64,000 nucleotides of DNA from Bradymonadales bacterium (GCA_007693605.1 REDG01000046.1:1-64000), one strand, 5' to 3'; shown: positions 28,572 through 39,052, counted from the first letter of the stretch. Program-made: numbers and translations. The notes: a model not told the origin generated them from the sequence alone.

Positions 28572-29327
28572 CTAAAAACAAATATCTGATCCACCGCCTG
28601 GGCGAGTGCCAGACCTGACACAACGCCGAACCAGGGTTTCGCCCGTATTCATCAGAACAACAAAATAGCCCGGACAGTCGTTGCCCGTACAGTCCGTCAA
28701 TGACAGCTGAAAAATAACGGACCCATTATCTCCGTCAACCAAGGGGTTAGCAATGGGAACGGCCACCAAGCGACTTCGATTGCTTCCCTCCCCCCCCGGC
28801 AGATTCGAAGAAGGCGAAGTCGGAAACCAAATCGACTGAGCAGCGGCGGCGGCGGTCACAGGAAGCCAGTCTGCTTGGGAGGGTACGGCCGTATAAATCG
28901 CATCAAAGCTAACCCCTCGCGGCAGGGGCTTTGGGGTGATCTCGAAATCCCAAGAGGCAAAGCCGTCGTCAGCAGCCGGAATGGCTTGAGGGTTAAAGCA
29001 ACTCTCCGTGGAGCCCACTGCACCGTGAGAACGCCTTAAGAGCGCATAGAACCGGGCATTTAACTGGCCTGAACTAGCCGTCACATTTGGGGCCACATTC
29101 GGGGCACAGTTGTCCCGTCCTACACACAGAACGAATCGAGTTTGGCATTGCTTTAGACCGGCGGTGGTTCTGGCGTAGGCGACATCAGCCGCTAGCACTT
29201 GAGCCGCACTCTCCAGACGAGAGAGGGCCGAGCGAGAGCTGATTCCCATATAGCTCACGGCACTAATCACCCCAATGATCACGACCACAATCAGGAGCTC
29301 AATGATGGTAAAGGCCCGAACTTTCAC
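28572..29327 (-). CDS. Minor type IV pilin, FimT/FimU-like
   Basis: RA|FTIIELLIVVVIIGVI and AAQVLAADVAYARTTA helix; Cys-rich head. Confidence 0.85.
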   Translation of the reverse strand: MKVRAFTIIELLIVVVIIGVISAVSYMGISSRSALSRLESAAQVLAADVAYARTTAGLKQCQTRFVLCVGRDNCAPNVAPNVTASSGQLNARFYALLRRSHGAVGSTESCFNPQAIPAADDGFASWDFEITPKPLPRGVSFDAIYTAVPSQADWLPVTAAAAAQSIWFPTSPSSNLPGGEGSNRSRLVAVPIANPLVDGDNGSVIFQLSLTDCTGNDCPGYFVVLMNTGETLVRRCVRSGTRPGGGSDICF

Positions 29328-29475
29328 CTGCTTTCATTATCTCCAGATTAGCCCAAAGAAGCCACCGAGACTCTCGCCTCTTTGGCCTAGGGCGAACTAG
29401 CCCCGCATAAGTTACAGACTACGCAGGCCCTGAAGGCCCATTTCCCGGCTTCAGCCCTCAATACTCCGATCAGGT

Positions 29476-29525
29476 GGCCCAGATGAAACGAAAGCCGAAG
29501 CAGATGGGCCCTTAGCGCCAGTCCC
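29476..29525 (+). repeat. Family A repeat, short copy directly after the response-regulator stop
   Basis: GGCCCAGATGAAACGAAAGCCGAAGCAGATGGGCCCTTAGCGCCAGTCCC. Confidence 0.85.
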
Positions 29526-29526
29526 C

Positions 29527-30954
29527 CTACTTGTAGGTGATGCCGACATCCTTATCCAACATATACCGCTCTAAGCCGTATCGTTTGATCTTGTAAAGAA
29601 GGGCTCGATGTGAAATCTCCAGAAGCTTGGCGGCCCAGGTTCGATTGCCGTTGGTTTTTTCAAGAGCCTTTTTGATCAACTCTTGCTCCATGATCGACAT
29701 CATTTTTTTGATGGAAAGTTCACTGGCCGCAGCTTTGATGGCTGGGTTGATTTCTTGATTACGAACGACATCGGGCAAGTGTTCGAGACTTAAGCGATGC
29801 CCCACCTCCATGACCATGGCGCGTTCAATGGTATTCTCTAACTCCCGCACATTTCCCGGCCAAGAGTAGTCTGTCAAAGCCTCCAAGCAGTTGGGGTCAA
29901 TGCCCTCGATCTCTTTGTCCATCTCTTTTCGAAACTTGTCCAAAAAGTGCTCCACCAAGAGGGGAATATCTTCTTTGCGCTCTCTTAGAGGCGGAATATG
30001 AATCGGAAGAACATTCAAGCGATAGTAAAGATCCTCTCGAAAAGTTCCCTTCTTAATCTCTTCAGACAAATCCTTTAAGGTCGCTGTAATCAAGCGAACA
30101 TCGATTTTGATATTCTGACTGGCACCCACTCGTCGAACTTCTTCTTCTTGAATGGCCCGCAAGAGCTTCACTTGTAGTGGGACGGGCAAATCTCCCACCT
30201 CATCCAGAAACAAAGTCCCGCCATGAGCTTCTTCAAAGAGACCCTTTTTATCTTTGTTGGCCCCAGTGAAGGAACCCTTCACATAACCGAAGAGCTCACT
30301 TTCAAGAAGAGTTTCCGGAATGGCGCTGCAGTTGATAGCAACAAAGGGCTTATTCGCTCTCGGAGAATTAAAGTGAATCGCACGGGCGATCAACTCCTTA
30401 CCCGAACCACTTTCCCCTGTAACTAAGACGGTGGTCTTGTAGTCGGCGATTTTTCGAATCGTATCGAATATCTCAATCATTCGAGGAGAGCGCGCAATGA
30501 TGTTATTGAAGGAGGTTTCTCGACTCAAAACCTTTTTGAGGCTCTGGTTTTCATGCATCAAGCTCTCTTGAGCCGTCAATCTTTGGAGCCGAAGTAGAAT
30601 CTCGTCGGCCTTGAAGGGTTTGCTCACATAGTCGTACGCCCCCATCTTCATCGCTTCGATGGCCGTATCCACATTTCCAAAGGCAGACATCATAATGACC
30701 GGCAGATTGGAGCGAACAGACTTTGCCTTCTCTAAAAAGGCTAGGCCGTCCATCTGGGGCATTCGGATATCACACAAGACAAGGTCGTATTCGTTGCCTT
30801 GAATCTTTTCTAAGCCCTGTTTTCCGTCCTCTGCCGAGTCAATTTCATAGCCCTCCCTCTCTAGAAGGACCTGTAGCATATGTCGCATTCCGCCTTCGTC
30901 ATCGACAATCAAAACTCTCCGTTTGCTCGGCCCGGTGCTTGTAACTAAAGACAT
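29527..30954 (-). CDS. Sigma54-dependent response regulator (PilR/PilR2-like)
   Basis: REC domain (DDE, CDIRMP, KP), GESGSGKE, GSFTGA, FLDEV, C-terminal Fis-type HTH. Confidence 0.93.
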   Translation of the reverse strand: MSLVTSTGPSKRRVLIVDDEGGMRHMLQVLLEREGYEIDSAEDGKQGLEKIQGNEYDLVLCDIRMPQMDGLAFLEKAKSVRSNLPVIMMSAFGNVDTAIEAMKMGAYDYVSKPFKADEILLRLQRLTAQESLMHENQSLKKVLSRETSFNNIIARSPRMIEIFDTIRKIADYKTTVLVTGESGSGKELIARAIHFNSPRANKPFVAINCSAIPETLLESELFGYVKGSFTGANKDKKGLFEEAHGGTLFLDEVGDLPVPLQVKLLRAIQEEEVRRVGASQNIKIDVRLITATLKDLSEEIKKGTFREDLYYRLNVLPIHIPPLRERKEDIPLLVEHFLDKFRKEMDKEIEGIDPNCLEALTDYSWPGNVRELENTIERAMVMEVGHRLSLEHLPDVVRNQEINPAIKAAASELSIKKMMSIMEQELIKKALEKTNGNRTWAAKLLEISHRALLYKIKRYGLERYMLDKDVGITYK

Positions 30955-31135
30955 TCTTCCTCCCCCACTATGCAGAAATGAACCTGCATTTTTTCTATAG
31001 GAAAAAATTCCCCTGTATTAATTTTATATTAACGCTTTGCGCAAGACAATACGGTCAAAATGCCAAGAGAATTAGAAGCTTAGAAGGACTGCCCTGCAGC
31101 AATGGCCCGGCAAAGCCCAACAAAGAGCCCTGAAT

Positions 31136-32647
31136 TTAAGTCAGACCCTTAGGCAGAAAAACAGAAAATGCAGAGCCACTCCCCTTTGCGCTCTGCACAG
31201 AAATCGTTCCTCTAAAACTCTCGATAATACTTTTTGCAACATAGAGACCCAAACCCGTCCCTTGTCCTGTCTGCTTGGTCGAAAAGAAAGGCTCAAACAG
31301 CTTTTTGCGGTCTTCGTCGTTTATTCCGCTTCCGTTATCAATGACACTAATCACCCAGTATCGCTGAGGCTTCAGAATTCGAATCAGAGAAGTGTTGAAG
31401 TCCTCGGGCTCAGGAGAGGAAGTTAACTGCTGATGAGTCTGATCGGTCAACCTTCGCAGGCGGCATCGAATCTCAATCTTCCCCCCAGTTTTAGAGCCAA
31501 ACTTTTCTTCAATCGCATGTTTTGCGTTGATGATCAAATTCAGTAAAACCTGAATCAGCTGATCTTGTTCACATAAGGCTTCTGCAGAGTCCTCTTCAAA
31601 ATCGAGCTTCACACCAATCGAATCTGGAACTTGAGCCAAGTCCAAACTTCGCTCAATCACAGTCCTCAAATGCACGGGCCGTATTCGATCTTGTGGAGGC
31701 TTGGCCTGCTCCAAAAGGGCTCGAATGATTCGACTAATGCGAGCGGTCTCGGCCTCAATTCGGTCGCAGAGCTCGATGTCTTCTGCCGATGCATCCGGCA
31801 AAGAACGAAGGGCCCGCTTCAAAATGTCAACATAGCCAGAAATGGCCCCTAAAGGATTGCCCACTTCGTGAGCGACCCCCGCTGCCAGTCGGCCTACCGA
31901 AGCCAGCTTCTCGACCTGCAACTGTTCATTCTTTGTGGCTTCGATTTCTTCACTTGCCTGCTGTAAGGACTGAATCGTCAACACCAACTTCTTTTCTTTC
32001 TCTTGAATCTTCTTTGCCATCTCATTCAATGTCTCAGAGATCTGGCCAAGCTCGTCTTTTCGCTCCACGAAGCATCGAGCGCCCCAATTCTCAGCGATGA
32101 AAGCGTTTGTAGTCATCCAGATGTTTCGAATCGGGTTAAAGAAGTTTCTCTTAAACAAAAAGTGATAACTCAAAACAACCAGAATCAAGGCAACCAACAC
32201 GCTCGACAGAAACAAGCCCCACTTCAATCTTCCGAAGGCTCGATCAAAGTCGGCGGGTCGCCACTCATAAACCAGCACTCTCGAAGCCTCAACGGGGGTG
32301 CTCCACTGAAAGGCCCTTGGTCGACTTAAAAACAGTAGATAGGGCTCGTATAGGACCTGAAACTCGGGGCTCTCCAACTGCGTATAGAGACTTGAAAGCT
32401 GAATCTCTCTGTCTTCTAAACGAAGATTGATCTCTTCTAGTGTCTCTGAAGAAAGTAGGCCTGACGCCCAAAGCTCTTGATGAACAGACTGCAGAACAAC
32501 TGGTGCCTGCTTTCCAAGAGAATCTGTCAATTGCAGTCGACCCAGAACCACAAAGATACTGGCTCCAAACAGAAGGGCACAGACCGTCAAAACGCTCAAG
32601 TCCAACAAAAGCTTCCACTTCAATGACGATCTCAGGTCTCGGCTCAC
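31136..32647 (-). CDS. HAMP-domain sensor histidine kinase (PilS/PilS2-like)
   Basis: Two TM, HAMP, AHEVGNPL H-box, NLIINA, DNGSG, FEPFFSTK, GTGLGL. Confidence 0.93.
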   Translation of the reverse strand: MSRDLRSSLKWKLLLDLSVLTVCALLFGASIFVVLGRLQLTDSLGKQAPVVLQSVHQELWASGLLSSETLEEINLRLEDREIQLSSLYTQLESPEFQVLYEPYLLFLSRPRAFQWSTPVEASRVLVYEWRPADFDRAFGRLKWGLFLSSVLVALILVVLSYHFLFKRNFFNPIRNIWMTTNAFIAENWGARCFVERKDELGQISETLNEMAKKIQEKEKKLVLTIQSLQQASEEIEATKNEQLQVEKLASVGRLAAGVAHEVGNPLGAISGYVDILKRALRSLPDASAEDIELCDRIEAETARISRIIRALLEQAKPPQDRIRPVHLRTVIERSLDLAQVPDSIGVKLDFEEDSAEALCEQDQLIQVLLNLIINAKHAIEEKFGSKTGGKIEIRCRLRRLTDQTHQQLTSSPEPEDFNTSLIRILKPQRYWVISVIDNGSGINDEDRKKLFEPFFSTKQTGQGTGLGLYVAKSIIESFRGTISVQSAKGSGSAFSVFLPKGLT

Positions 32648-33492
32648 TGCCAGGGCCTCACAAGATCAAGCAGATTCCAAAGAAGATAATCCAGTTGAAA
32701 GATTCCAACAAAAGCCCCGAAACAAAGAAAGGGACCGAAGGGAATTGGAAACCTTCGCCGCTTTCCCTTCGGCAAAGAAGCCAAAATGCCAAGACCAATC
32801 AGGGCTCCACTGGCGGCACCAATGACCACGCTCAATACCACTCCTTGCACTCCCAAAACCGAGCCCACCAAAGCCATGAGCTTCGCATCCCCAAGGCCCA
32901 ATCCTTCATCTCCGGTAATCCAATAAAACGAACGGCTTACAACCCACAAAAAAGAATATCCAAACACCGCTCCAAACAGACTCACCCAAAAGGGGTTTGC
33001 GACGGCCACGCCCAACCAAGGGGAATCAATCCAACTTCCCCCCGCCTGCAGCCCGAAACCCTCCGACACAAAAAGCGCCAAAAAAACAAAGAGAAAGCTT
33101 CCGCCCAAGTTGATCTCGTCGGGAATCATCTTCAGATCTAAGTCGATGAATGAGGCACAAATTAACAGACAAGACAAAATGCTGAACACCACAAAGACCT
33201 GGGACCATCCGTAATTGATCCACACGGCGAGAAAGATTGTGGCCGTGAGAAGCTCAATCGCAGCATAGCGCATACTAAAAGAATGACCGCACTTTAAGCA
33301 CCGACCCCTCGCCAAGAAGTAGCCAAAGATGGGCAAGTTCAAAAAAGCCGGAATCGGAGACCGACAAAACGAGCAGCGAGAGCTTGGCCGCACGATCGAT
33401 TTTCCCCTCGGCAATCGATAGATGACGACATTGAGAAAGCTCCCAATCACCGCCCCAAACACAAAAACGGCTCCCGCCGAAAAAACATCCAT
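32644..33492 (-). CDS. pilD: Prepilin peptidase / N-methyltransferase
   Basis: GSFLNVVIYRLP, two CxxC pairs, FIDLD, GLGDAKL, PFGPFL. Confidence 0.95.
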   Translation of the reverse strand: MDVFSAGAVFVFGAVIGSFLNVVIYRLPRGKSIVRPSSRCSFCRSPIPAFLNLPIFGYFLARGRCLKCGHSFSMRYAAIELLTATIFLAVWINYGWSQVFVVFSILSCLLICASFIDLDLKMIPDEINLGGSFLFVFLALFVSEGFGLQAGGSWIDSPWLGVAVANPFWVSLFGAVFGYSFLWVVSRSFYWITGDEGLGLGDAKLMALVGSVLGVQGVVLSVVIGAASGALIGLGILASLPKGKRRRFPIPFGPFLCFGAFVGIFQLDYLLWNLLDLVRPWQ

Positions 33493-34265
33493 TACTTGAA
33501 GTCTCTCTTTTTAAAGAGCTGAAAAGAAGAGAATAAGACGATGAGAATCAGAAAAGCCGCATAAGCAACAGGAAGCCAAAAGTCTTGGGTGTAAACAGGA
33601 ATGTCGTGAACCACCTCTGATCTCAAATTGAAAGCCTGCAAATCAAAGACCTTCTGAACCCCTGTGGCCAAAAGTCGAAAAAAGAAGTCATCGCTTCTCT
33701 CTCCAAAAGCCCCAAGCTCAGAGGAAACTCTTCCGACTAGAAACAATCCTGCTGTAAAGAAGCCGCTCAGAAAGGGGGTTGAAAAGCTCGAGAAAAAAAT
33801 GCCGATGGAGGCCACAATCCACAGCTCTACAAGAATGAGTCCAATCGCAGGAAGGAGCGCCCAATCCACTCGGTGTTCGATGAAAAAGGTCACCAAGTAA
33901 AGGTAGCAAGTCATCAAGAACACCACGACGGACAAGATCATCAGCATTCCAGCAAATTTTCCCATCAGGATCTCTGATCGACTGATCGGCTTTGAAACAA
34001 TGGAGTAGATGGTTCGATACTGAAGCTCTCGATACAGGGAATTCACTCCAAGAAAGATCGCGACAAATACCCCGAACAGAGAGATCGTGGCCATGCCAAT
34101 ATCCTTCACCACCTTTACATTTTGATGAAGACTGACCTGTCCCAAAAAAAGACTGAAGATGATCAGAATGGCTGCGAACCCCCCCGCAATATGAAGAACT
34201 TTATTGTGACGAGCCTCTAGAAAGCTGTTCTTTGCTATCATCCAAATTCGAAACAAGCTCTTCAT
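33492..34265 (-). CDS. ABC transporter permease, PilI-like (myxobacterial pil locus)
   Basis: RTIYSIVSKPISRSEILMGK, C-terminal FKKRDFK; lies between the ABC ATPase and pilD. Confidence 0.85.
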   Translation of the reverse strand: MKSLFRIWMIAKNSFLEARHNKVLHIAGGFAAILIIFSLFLGQVSLHQNVKVVKDIGMATISLFGVFVAIFLGVNSLYRELQYRTIYSIVSKPISRSEILMGKFAGMLMILSVVVFLMTCYLYLVTFFIEHRVDWALLPAIGLILVELWIVASIGIFFSSFSTPFLSGFFTAGLFLVGRVSSELGAFGERSDDFFFRLLATGVQKVFDLQAFNLRSEVVHDIPVYTQDFWLPVAYAAFLILIVLFSSFQLFKKRDFK

Positions 34266-35221
34266 ACTCTTGACTCCAACTGACCCACTTGTTTCATGAA
34301 GACATCCTCTAAGTTGTCTTTCTTGTGATTTAGCGAATGAACTCTGGCCCCCGCACTCAGTGCGGCCCTTAAGGCGGAATTGATTCGAGCCTCAAACTGA
34401 CCAGAGTTCTCCTGTCGATTCCAGAGTCTATAGCAGCAATACTCATCTTTATGGATCAGTTCTGCTTGATGCGACTCTGCCCACTTTGTCAAATCCCCTT
34501 CGGTTCCGGCCAGAACCAAATCAACATACTTTGAGTCCACTGAGACTAGTTCATTGAGATTGCCACAACTCAAAAGCTTCCCAAGATTAAGGATCGCCAC
34601 ACGATCACAAATGCTCTCGACATCACTCAAAATATGCGTCGAAAAGAAGACGGTCTTTCCACGAGACTTCAACTCAATCATTAAGTCTCGGACCTCTTTT
34701 CGACCCACCGGATCCAAACCGGTCATCGGCTCATCCAGAATGACCAAATCTGGATCATGAATAATGGCTTGAGCGAGCCCGATTCTTTGAAGCATTCCTT
34801 TAGAAAAGAATCGCAGTCTAATATTCTCCGTTCCTTTCATCCCAACCAGCTCCAGAACTTCTGGAATTCTGCTTCGAAGAAAGCTCTGACTCAAGCCATA
34901 CAGGCCCCCATGAAACTCCAAAAAACCTTGTGCCGTCAGAAAATCGTAAAAGTAGGGGTTCTCGGCAAGAAATCCGATTCGCTGTTTCGTTTCTGCGGCA
35001 TGAATCGGTTGACCGAAAAGCCGAGCCTCCCCAGAACTCGGAAAGATGATCTCGAGTAAAATTTTAATTGTCGTACTTTTTCCTGCCCCGTTTGGACCCA
35101 AGAAACCAAAAATTTCTCCCTGGTGAACAGAGAAGCTCACCGCATCCAGAACTTTTCGCGCCTTTGTCCAAAAGTGCTGTCGATAAATTTTCGAAAGAGC
35201 CTGAACTTCTAAAACCTTCAC
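34262..35221 (-). CDS. ABC transporter ATP-binding protein, PilH-like (myxobacterial pil locus)
   Basis: GPNGAGKST, FSKGMLQR, LDEPMTGLD, STHIL. Confidence 0.92.
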   Translation of the reverse strand: MKVLEVQALSKIYRQHFWTKARKVLDAVSFSVHQGEIFGFLGPNGAGKSTTIKILLEIIFPSSGEARLFGQPIHAAETKQRIGFLAENPYFYDFLTAQGFLEFHGGLYGLSQSFLRSRIPEVLELVGMKGTENIRLRFFSKGMLQRIGLAQAIIHDPDLVILDEPMTGLDPVGRKEVRDLMIELKSRGKTVFFSTHILSDVESICDRVAILNLGKLLSCGNLNELVSVDSKYVDLVLAGTEGDLTKWAESHQAELIHKDEYCCYRLWNRQENSGQFEARINSALRAALSAGARVHSLNHKKDNLEDVFMKQVGQLESRV

Positions 35222-35281
35222 TCCTTTAGCCTAAAGAAAGCATCACTAGCTTTCAACTAACAAGAGCCTTAAGCTGAAGAG

Positions 35282-36748
35282 GTGAGCGCAGAAAGTTTAA
35301 AGTCGAAGCCCTCAGGCAAGCTCGACTTTGTCGATCGGGCGGAGGCCTGGATCCACTCCAGCCTAGGGATCTTTGCCGGGCTCATCATTTTCCCGCTCTT
35401 TCTGATGAACCTTCACATCTGGACCTTCCAGCACGGGAGCTTCATCTTGCCCCTCAATCTGGAGTTTTTCTCTTGGCTGTTTGAGGCGGGTCACAATCAG
35501 CGAATGGTGTTTCCGTCTTGGGCTCAACACCCGATCTTTCTCTTTCTCTGCCTAGCAGGCCCTATTCTGGGGGCTCTGACATTAAGCCTCGTTCATAAAA
35601 CTCTTGCCTGGCCTAAGGACCTCTCTTTCTTCATGGCCCTCATTCTGATTGCGTCCCTCTACCCTCAGTTTGCCCCGGGGCAATCTCCCGTCCATTTGCT
35701 CTATTGGCTTAGTGCGTTGAGTCTTCTTTACCTGGCCAGCAAGTCCCGTCCGCCGGCTCTGGCCTTTGCTGGCCTGGGCGTGTTGATTCTTTGGCTTGCG
35801 TTGAGCCACCCCTTCTTTTGGTTCAATGCCTTTTGGGGCCTGTTTTCGTTTGGCCTGAGTGCGGCTGTCGCCTTTCTCTTGGCAGACCGAGCTCATATTC
35901 CCTATCGAGATCGGCTTAACCGAAGCTCTAGTCTATTGTTCGCGCTTGCTTGTTTCTTTCTGGCCTTACTAGGTTTGGGCCTTTTCGGAATGGGCTCCTG
36001 GCCGAAGCAGGGCTTTGGACCGGCCTCGTTTTGGTGGATCGCTTATCTCAACCTGGCTCTTGCGGGAGTTTATAGCTGGAAGTCTCCTTGGGAAACTCAG
36101 CGCAGTCTTCGTTTGGCCACACTAGGACTGGGCCCTCTGATCTCTCCCTACCTCGAGATTTTAGGCTTTCTTGTATGCGCTTACTGGGTCCTTGAAATTC
36201 TGCGCTTGAGTCTGCCCTGGGCGAAGCTCTCGCTCACAAGTTTTGTATCGATAAAACTTCTAGCGCTAAGCCTCTCCCTTTCTATTGTGTGCTTCCACTT
36301 TTTTGCACATGCGGAAAAGAGAGAATTCAAACCGGAATGGGTGAGCGTTCTTAAGCAACTGCAGCCCTTCGAACCAGAAGGGATTGTTCTCTTCGGAAAT
36401 GCGCTCCCCTATTTCGCCCACTTCTACAGGGGGCCAATCTTTCAAAACCCAGATGTTTTCTTATTGCGAGAAGAGAGAGAATTTGAGAGCTGGATGAATG
36501 AGAAAGGGGCTCGTCATCTCGTGATCGATCAGAACTTTTTGAGTGAGGTTTGGAAGGAACTCATTCAAGAAAAGGCTTCTCCAGAAGATCTGAACCACAG
36601 TCTGCTCTCTCGTTTGAGTATCTATCGGGGGGAGGCCCTTCAGACGGCCACTCTCTCTTTCTCTGCGGTTGAGAGATTTCGAATTCAATCTTCAGAGCCA
36701 AAGAACTTTCTGATCGTCGAGCTTCAGTCTGGGGATGTCACCGAATGA
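35282..36748 (+). CDS. Polytopic membrane protein of unknown function with soluble C-terminal domain
   Basis: 488-aa ORF with many hydrophobic helices; 4-nt ATGA overlap with murF. Confidence 0.75.
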   Translation: MSAESLKSKPSGKLDFVDRAEAWIHSSLGIFAGLIIFPLFLMNLHIWTFQHGSFILPLNLEFFSWLFEAGHNQRMVFPSWAQHPIFLFLCLAGPILGALTLSLVHKTLAWPKDLSFFMALILIASLYPQFAPGQSPVHLLYWLSALSLLYLASKSRPPALAFAGLGVLILWLALSHPFFWFNAFWGLFSFGLSAAVAFLLADRAHIPYRDRLNRSSSLLFALACFFLALLGLGLFGMGSWPKQGFGPASFWWIAYLNLALAGVYSWKSPWETQRSLRLATLGLGPLISPYLEILGFLVCAYWVLEILRLSLPWAKLSLTSFVSIKLLALSLSLSIVCFHFFAHAEKREFKPEWVSVLKQLQPFEPEGIVLFGNALPYFAHFYRGPIFQNPDVFLLREEREFESWMNEKGARHLVIDQNFLSEVWKELIQEKASPEDLNHSLLSRLSIYRGEALQTATLSFSAVERFRIQSSEPKNFLIVELQSGDVTE

Positions 36749-38118
36749 GCAAACTTAGTCTGGAACTCGTCAAACAAGTCTTTCCGCAGCTGCCCCCCTC
36801 TGTCTCGACGCCGATTCAAGGGGTTTCGACCGACTCAAGAAGCTTGCAACCGGGAGAAATCTTTTTCGCCATCTCTGGAGATCGATTTGACGGTCATGAT
36901 TTTATTCAACAAGCGATCGATCGAGGAGCCGCCTTTTGTGTCAGCTCAAAAGCCAAGCAGAGGAAGGCCGATCCGAAGCATTGTCTGACAGTGAACGAGC
37001 CCATCGACTCTCTCAGAGAACTCGCTCGAGCCTATCGAAACACTCTCGAGATTGAGATCATCGGAGTTGGGGGAAGCAACGGAAAGACGACGACAAAAGA
37101 ACTCTGCGCCTTTCTTTTAAGTCAGCTTCTAGGAAATGAGTCCGTCTTCAAGACTGCCAAGTCAGAGAATTCGATTTTGGGCGTCGCGCTCAGCCTTCTT
37201 CGAATTAAGTCAGAAAGAGTCGCAGTTATTGAAATTGGAATAGACGAGCCTGGCTGGATGGATCGGCATCTTGACTTGATACAACCCGACTACGGAATCA
37301 TCACCTCGATCTCAGAGGAACACCTCGAGAAGCTTAACAATATTGAGCGAGTCGCTCAGGAGGAGCTAAAGCTTCTCCAGTATATCGAGCAAAGGGGTCG
37401 GGGCTTTGCTTGCAATAGGGATTGTTCGTGGGTCTCGAAACAAGTCGTCCGCGTTCAGCACTTGGGCTATTCTCTGAAAGCCAAAGCAGAAATCGAAGGG
37501 AAGTATCTGCCACCGAATCGTCTTTCGGCCTTTGGAATGGAATGGCTCAATCCCCTGCCAGGCGCTCACAATGCTCTCAATCTGCTTGCCTCCCTTTGTT
37601 TATTGCGTCTGCTTCGGCCCGATCTACAAAAGAGCGAACTGAAGGGCCTGGTAAAATCTCTCACCTCCTTTTCCGGAGAAGCTCATCGATCAAGGCTTCT
37701 TCGATTTGAGCCGAATCTTTTGGTGTTTGACGATTCTTACAATGCTAACCCCGCCTCGATGGCAGCAGCCCTTGAGAGTTTTTCTGAAGTCTCTGAAGGA
37801 TACGAGAAGATCGCTGTTTTGGGAGATATGAGAGAGCTTGGGGACAGAAGTCAGGAGGCTCACCGAGCGCTGATCAACCGTCTGAGTGTCGGCGATCTAC
37901 ATAAGATCTTTCTCATTGGTCCAGAGATGACAAAGGCTCGTTCAGGACTTCCGAAAGACTCCAGAATTAAAGTCTTTGATGATATTGAAACTTTGACAAA
38001 CAGCCTTCGCCAGTCGATCACAAAGAATCAAAGCTTTCTCTTTAAGGCCTCGAGGGGGCTCCAACTCGAAGTCTGCCTAAAAGTGTTTGAGAACTTCAAA
38101 CCGAAAAGCTCCGTCTGA
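36745..38118 (+). CDS. murF: UDP-MurNAc-tripeptide--D-Ala-D-Ala ligase
   Basis: STDSR, FDGHDF, GSNGKTTTKE, DDSYNANPASM, LGDMRELG, KASRG. Confidence 0.95.
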   Translation: MSKLSLELVKQVFPQLPPSVSTPIQGVSTDSRSLQPGEIFFAISGDRFDGHDFIQQAIDRGAAFCVSSKAKQRKADPKHCLTVNEPIDSLRELARAYRNTLEIEIIGVGGSNGKTTTKELCAFLLSQLLGNESVFKTAKSENSILGVALSLLRIKSERVAVIEIGIDEPGWMDRHLDLIQPDYGIITSISEEHLEKLNNIERVAQEELKLLQYIEQRGRGFACNRDCSWVSKQVVRVQHLGYSLKAKAEIEGKYLPPNRLSAFGMEWLNPLPGAHNALNLLASLCLLRLLRPDLQKSELKGLVKSLTSFSGEAHRSRLLRFEPNLLVFDDSYNANPASMAAALESFSEVSEGYEKIAVLGDMRELGDRSQEAHRALINRLSVGDLHKIFLIGPEMTKARSGLPKDSRIKVFDDIETLTNSLRQSITKNQSFLFKASRGLQLEVCLKVFENFKPKSSV

Positions 38119-38212
38119 GGGACGATCCCCGATCAGGAGTTTGGCCACCATCTCAGAAAGTATTGAAAACTCAGTTTAATGAATCGATTTTTCACTTCCG
38201 ACTGCTTATCGT

Positions 38213-38965
38213 TTGGTTGTGGAATTGATTCCCATTTTTGCGCTCGGGTTTCTTGCGAGTTATTTTGGCAGCTTGCTGGGCCTAGGCGGCGGTTTTATTC
38301 TTGTTCCCGCTCTTCATCTCCTTATTGGGCTCTCCATGAGAGATGCAATTTTCTTTTCTCTCGTGAGCATTCTTTGCATCAGCCTCATTCACAACACTCG
38401 AAATCGATCTCTCATTCGATCTAATCGACAACTCTTGATTCCAATGGCAATTTTTGCGGTGCTCGGCTCTTTGGGCGGAGCTTACTCTCAGGTTTTTTTG
38501 AAGACTCAAGTTTTAGAACTCAGCTTTGGTCTGTTGCTGGTCTTGGTCGCGGTCTATCTGCTCTCGAAGCCGGAGCCAAAAATCTCTCCGAAAGAGAAGC
38601 CCCTGCTCCTCGCGAACTTTGTTCAGGTTGTGGCCGGATTTCTTTCAGGACTTTTTGGAATTGGAGGCGGAATCCTAACCGTCCCAGCGCTCAATCGACT
38701 GATTGGATATCCTCTTCAAGAAAGCGCTCGCATCAGTTTTTTCTTTATCTTTGTTTCGTCGAGTGTGGCTTTGGCTGTTCTTGTGCGAGCGAGACGAGAA
38801 GAGCTGGAACTCATTCCGCCTCTACTCTTGGCGGCCCTGGTGATTGGCTCCCTCACAGGGGCAGGCTTCGCCATGAGAAGCAAAATCTCCAGTGAATTTC
38901 TCCGAAAGCTGTTTTCAATCACCCTTCTTGGAGTGGGGCTGTTACAAATCTGGAAAACACTTTAG
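38213..38965 (+). CDS. Sulfite exporter TauE/SafE (TSUP) family membrane protein
   Basis: Duplicated GLGGGFILVP / GIGGGILTVP motifs. Confidence 0.88.
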   Translation: MVVELIPIFALGFLASYFGSLLGLGGGFILVPALHLLIGLSMRDAIFFSLVSILCISLIHNTRNRSLIRSNRQLLIPMAIFAVLGSLGGAYSQVFLKTQVLELSFGLLLVLVAVYLLSKPEPKISPKEKPLLLANFVQVVAGFLSGLFGIGGGILTVPALNRLIGYPLQESARISFFFIFVSSSVALAVLVRARREELELIPPLLLAALVIGSLTGAGFAMRSKISSEFLRKLFSITLLGVGLLQIWKTL

Positions 38966-39052
38966 AAGGCCGGCTCTAAAGACCCATCTGCCCCTTCGGT
39001 CGACCATATACGAGGATGGCTGCTTCGTTCTTTCCCGCCTTGCAGTGTCGGT
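38966..39052 (-). repeat. Family A repeat, degenerate copy directly after the TSUP stop
   Basis: CTAAAGACCCATCTGCCCCTTCGGTCGACC ... GAGGATGGCTGC ... TTCCCGCCTTGCAGTGTCGG aligns with the other copies. Confidence 0.75.

Noticed and set aside
29328..29475. Sigma54 promoter for the minor pilin genes
   Set aside because: No convincing TGGCAC-N5-TTGC match found by eye.
32440..33141. 233-aa plus-strand ORF and other long shadow ORFs (1055, 9270, 12848, 27386, 28117, 47044)
   Set aside because: Antisense to well-supported genes with no recognisable motifs.
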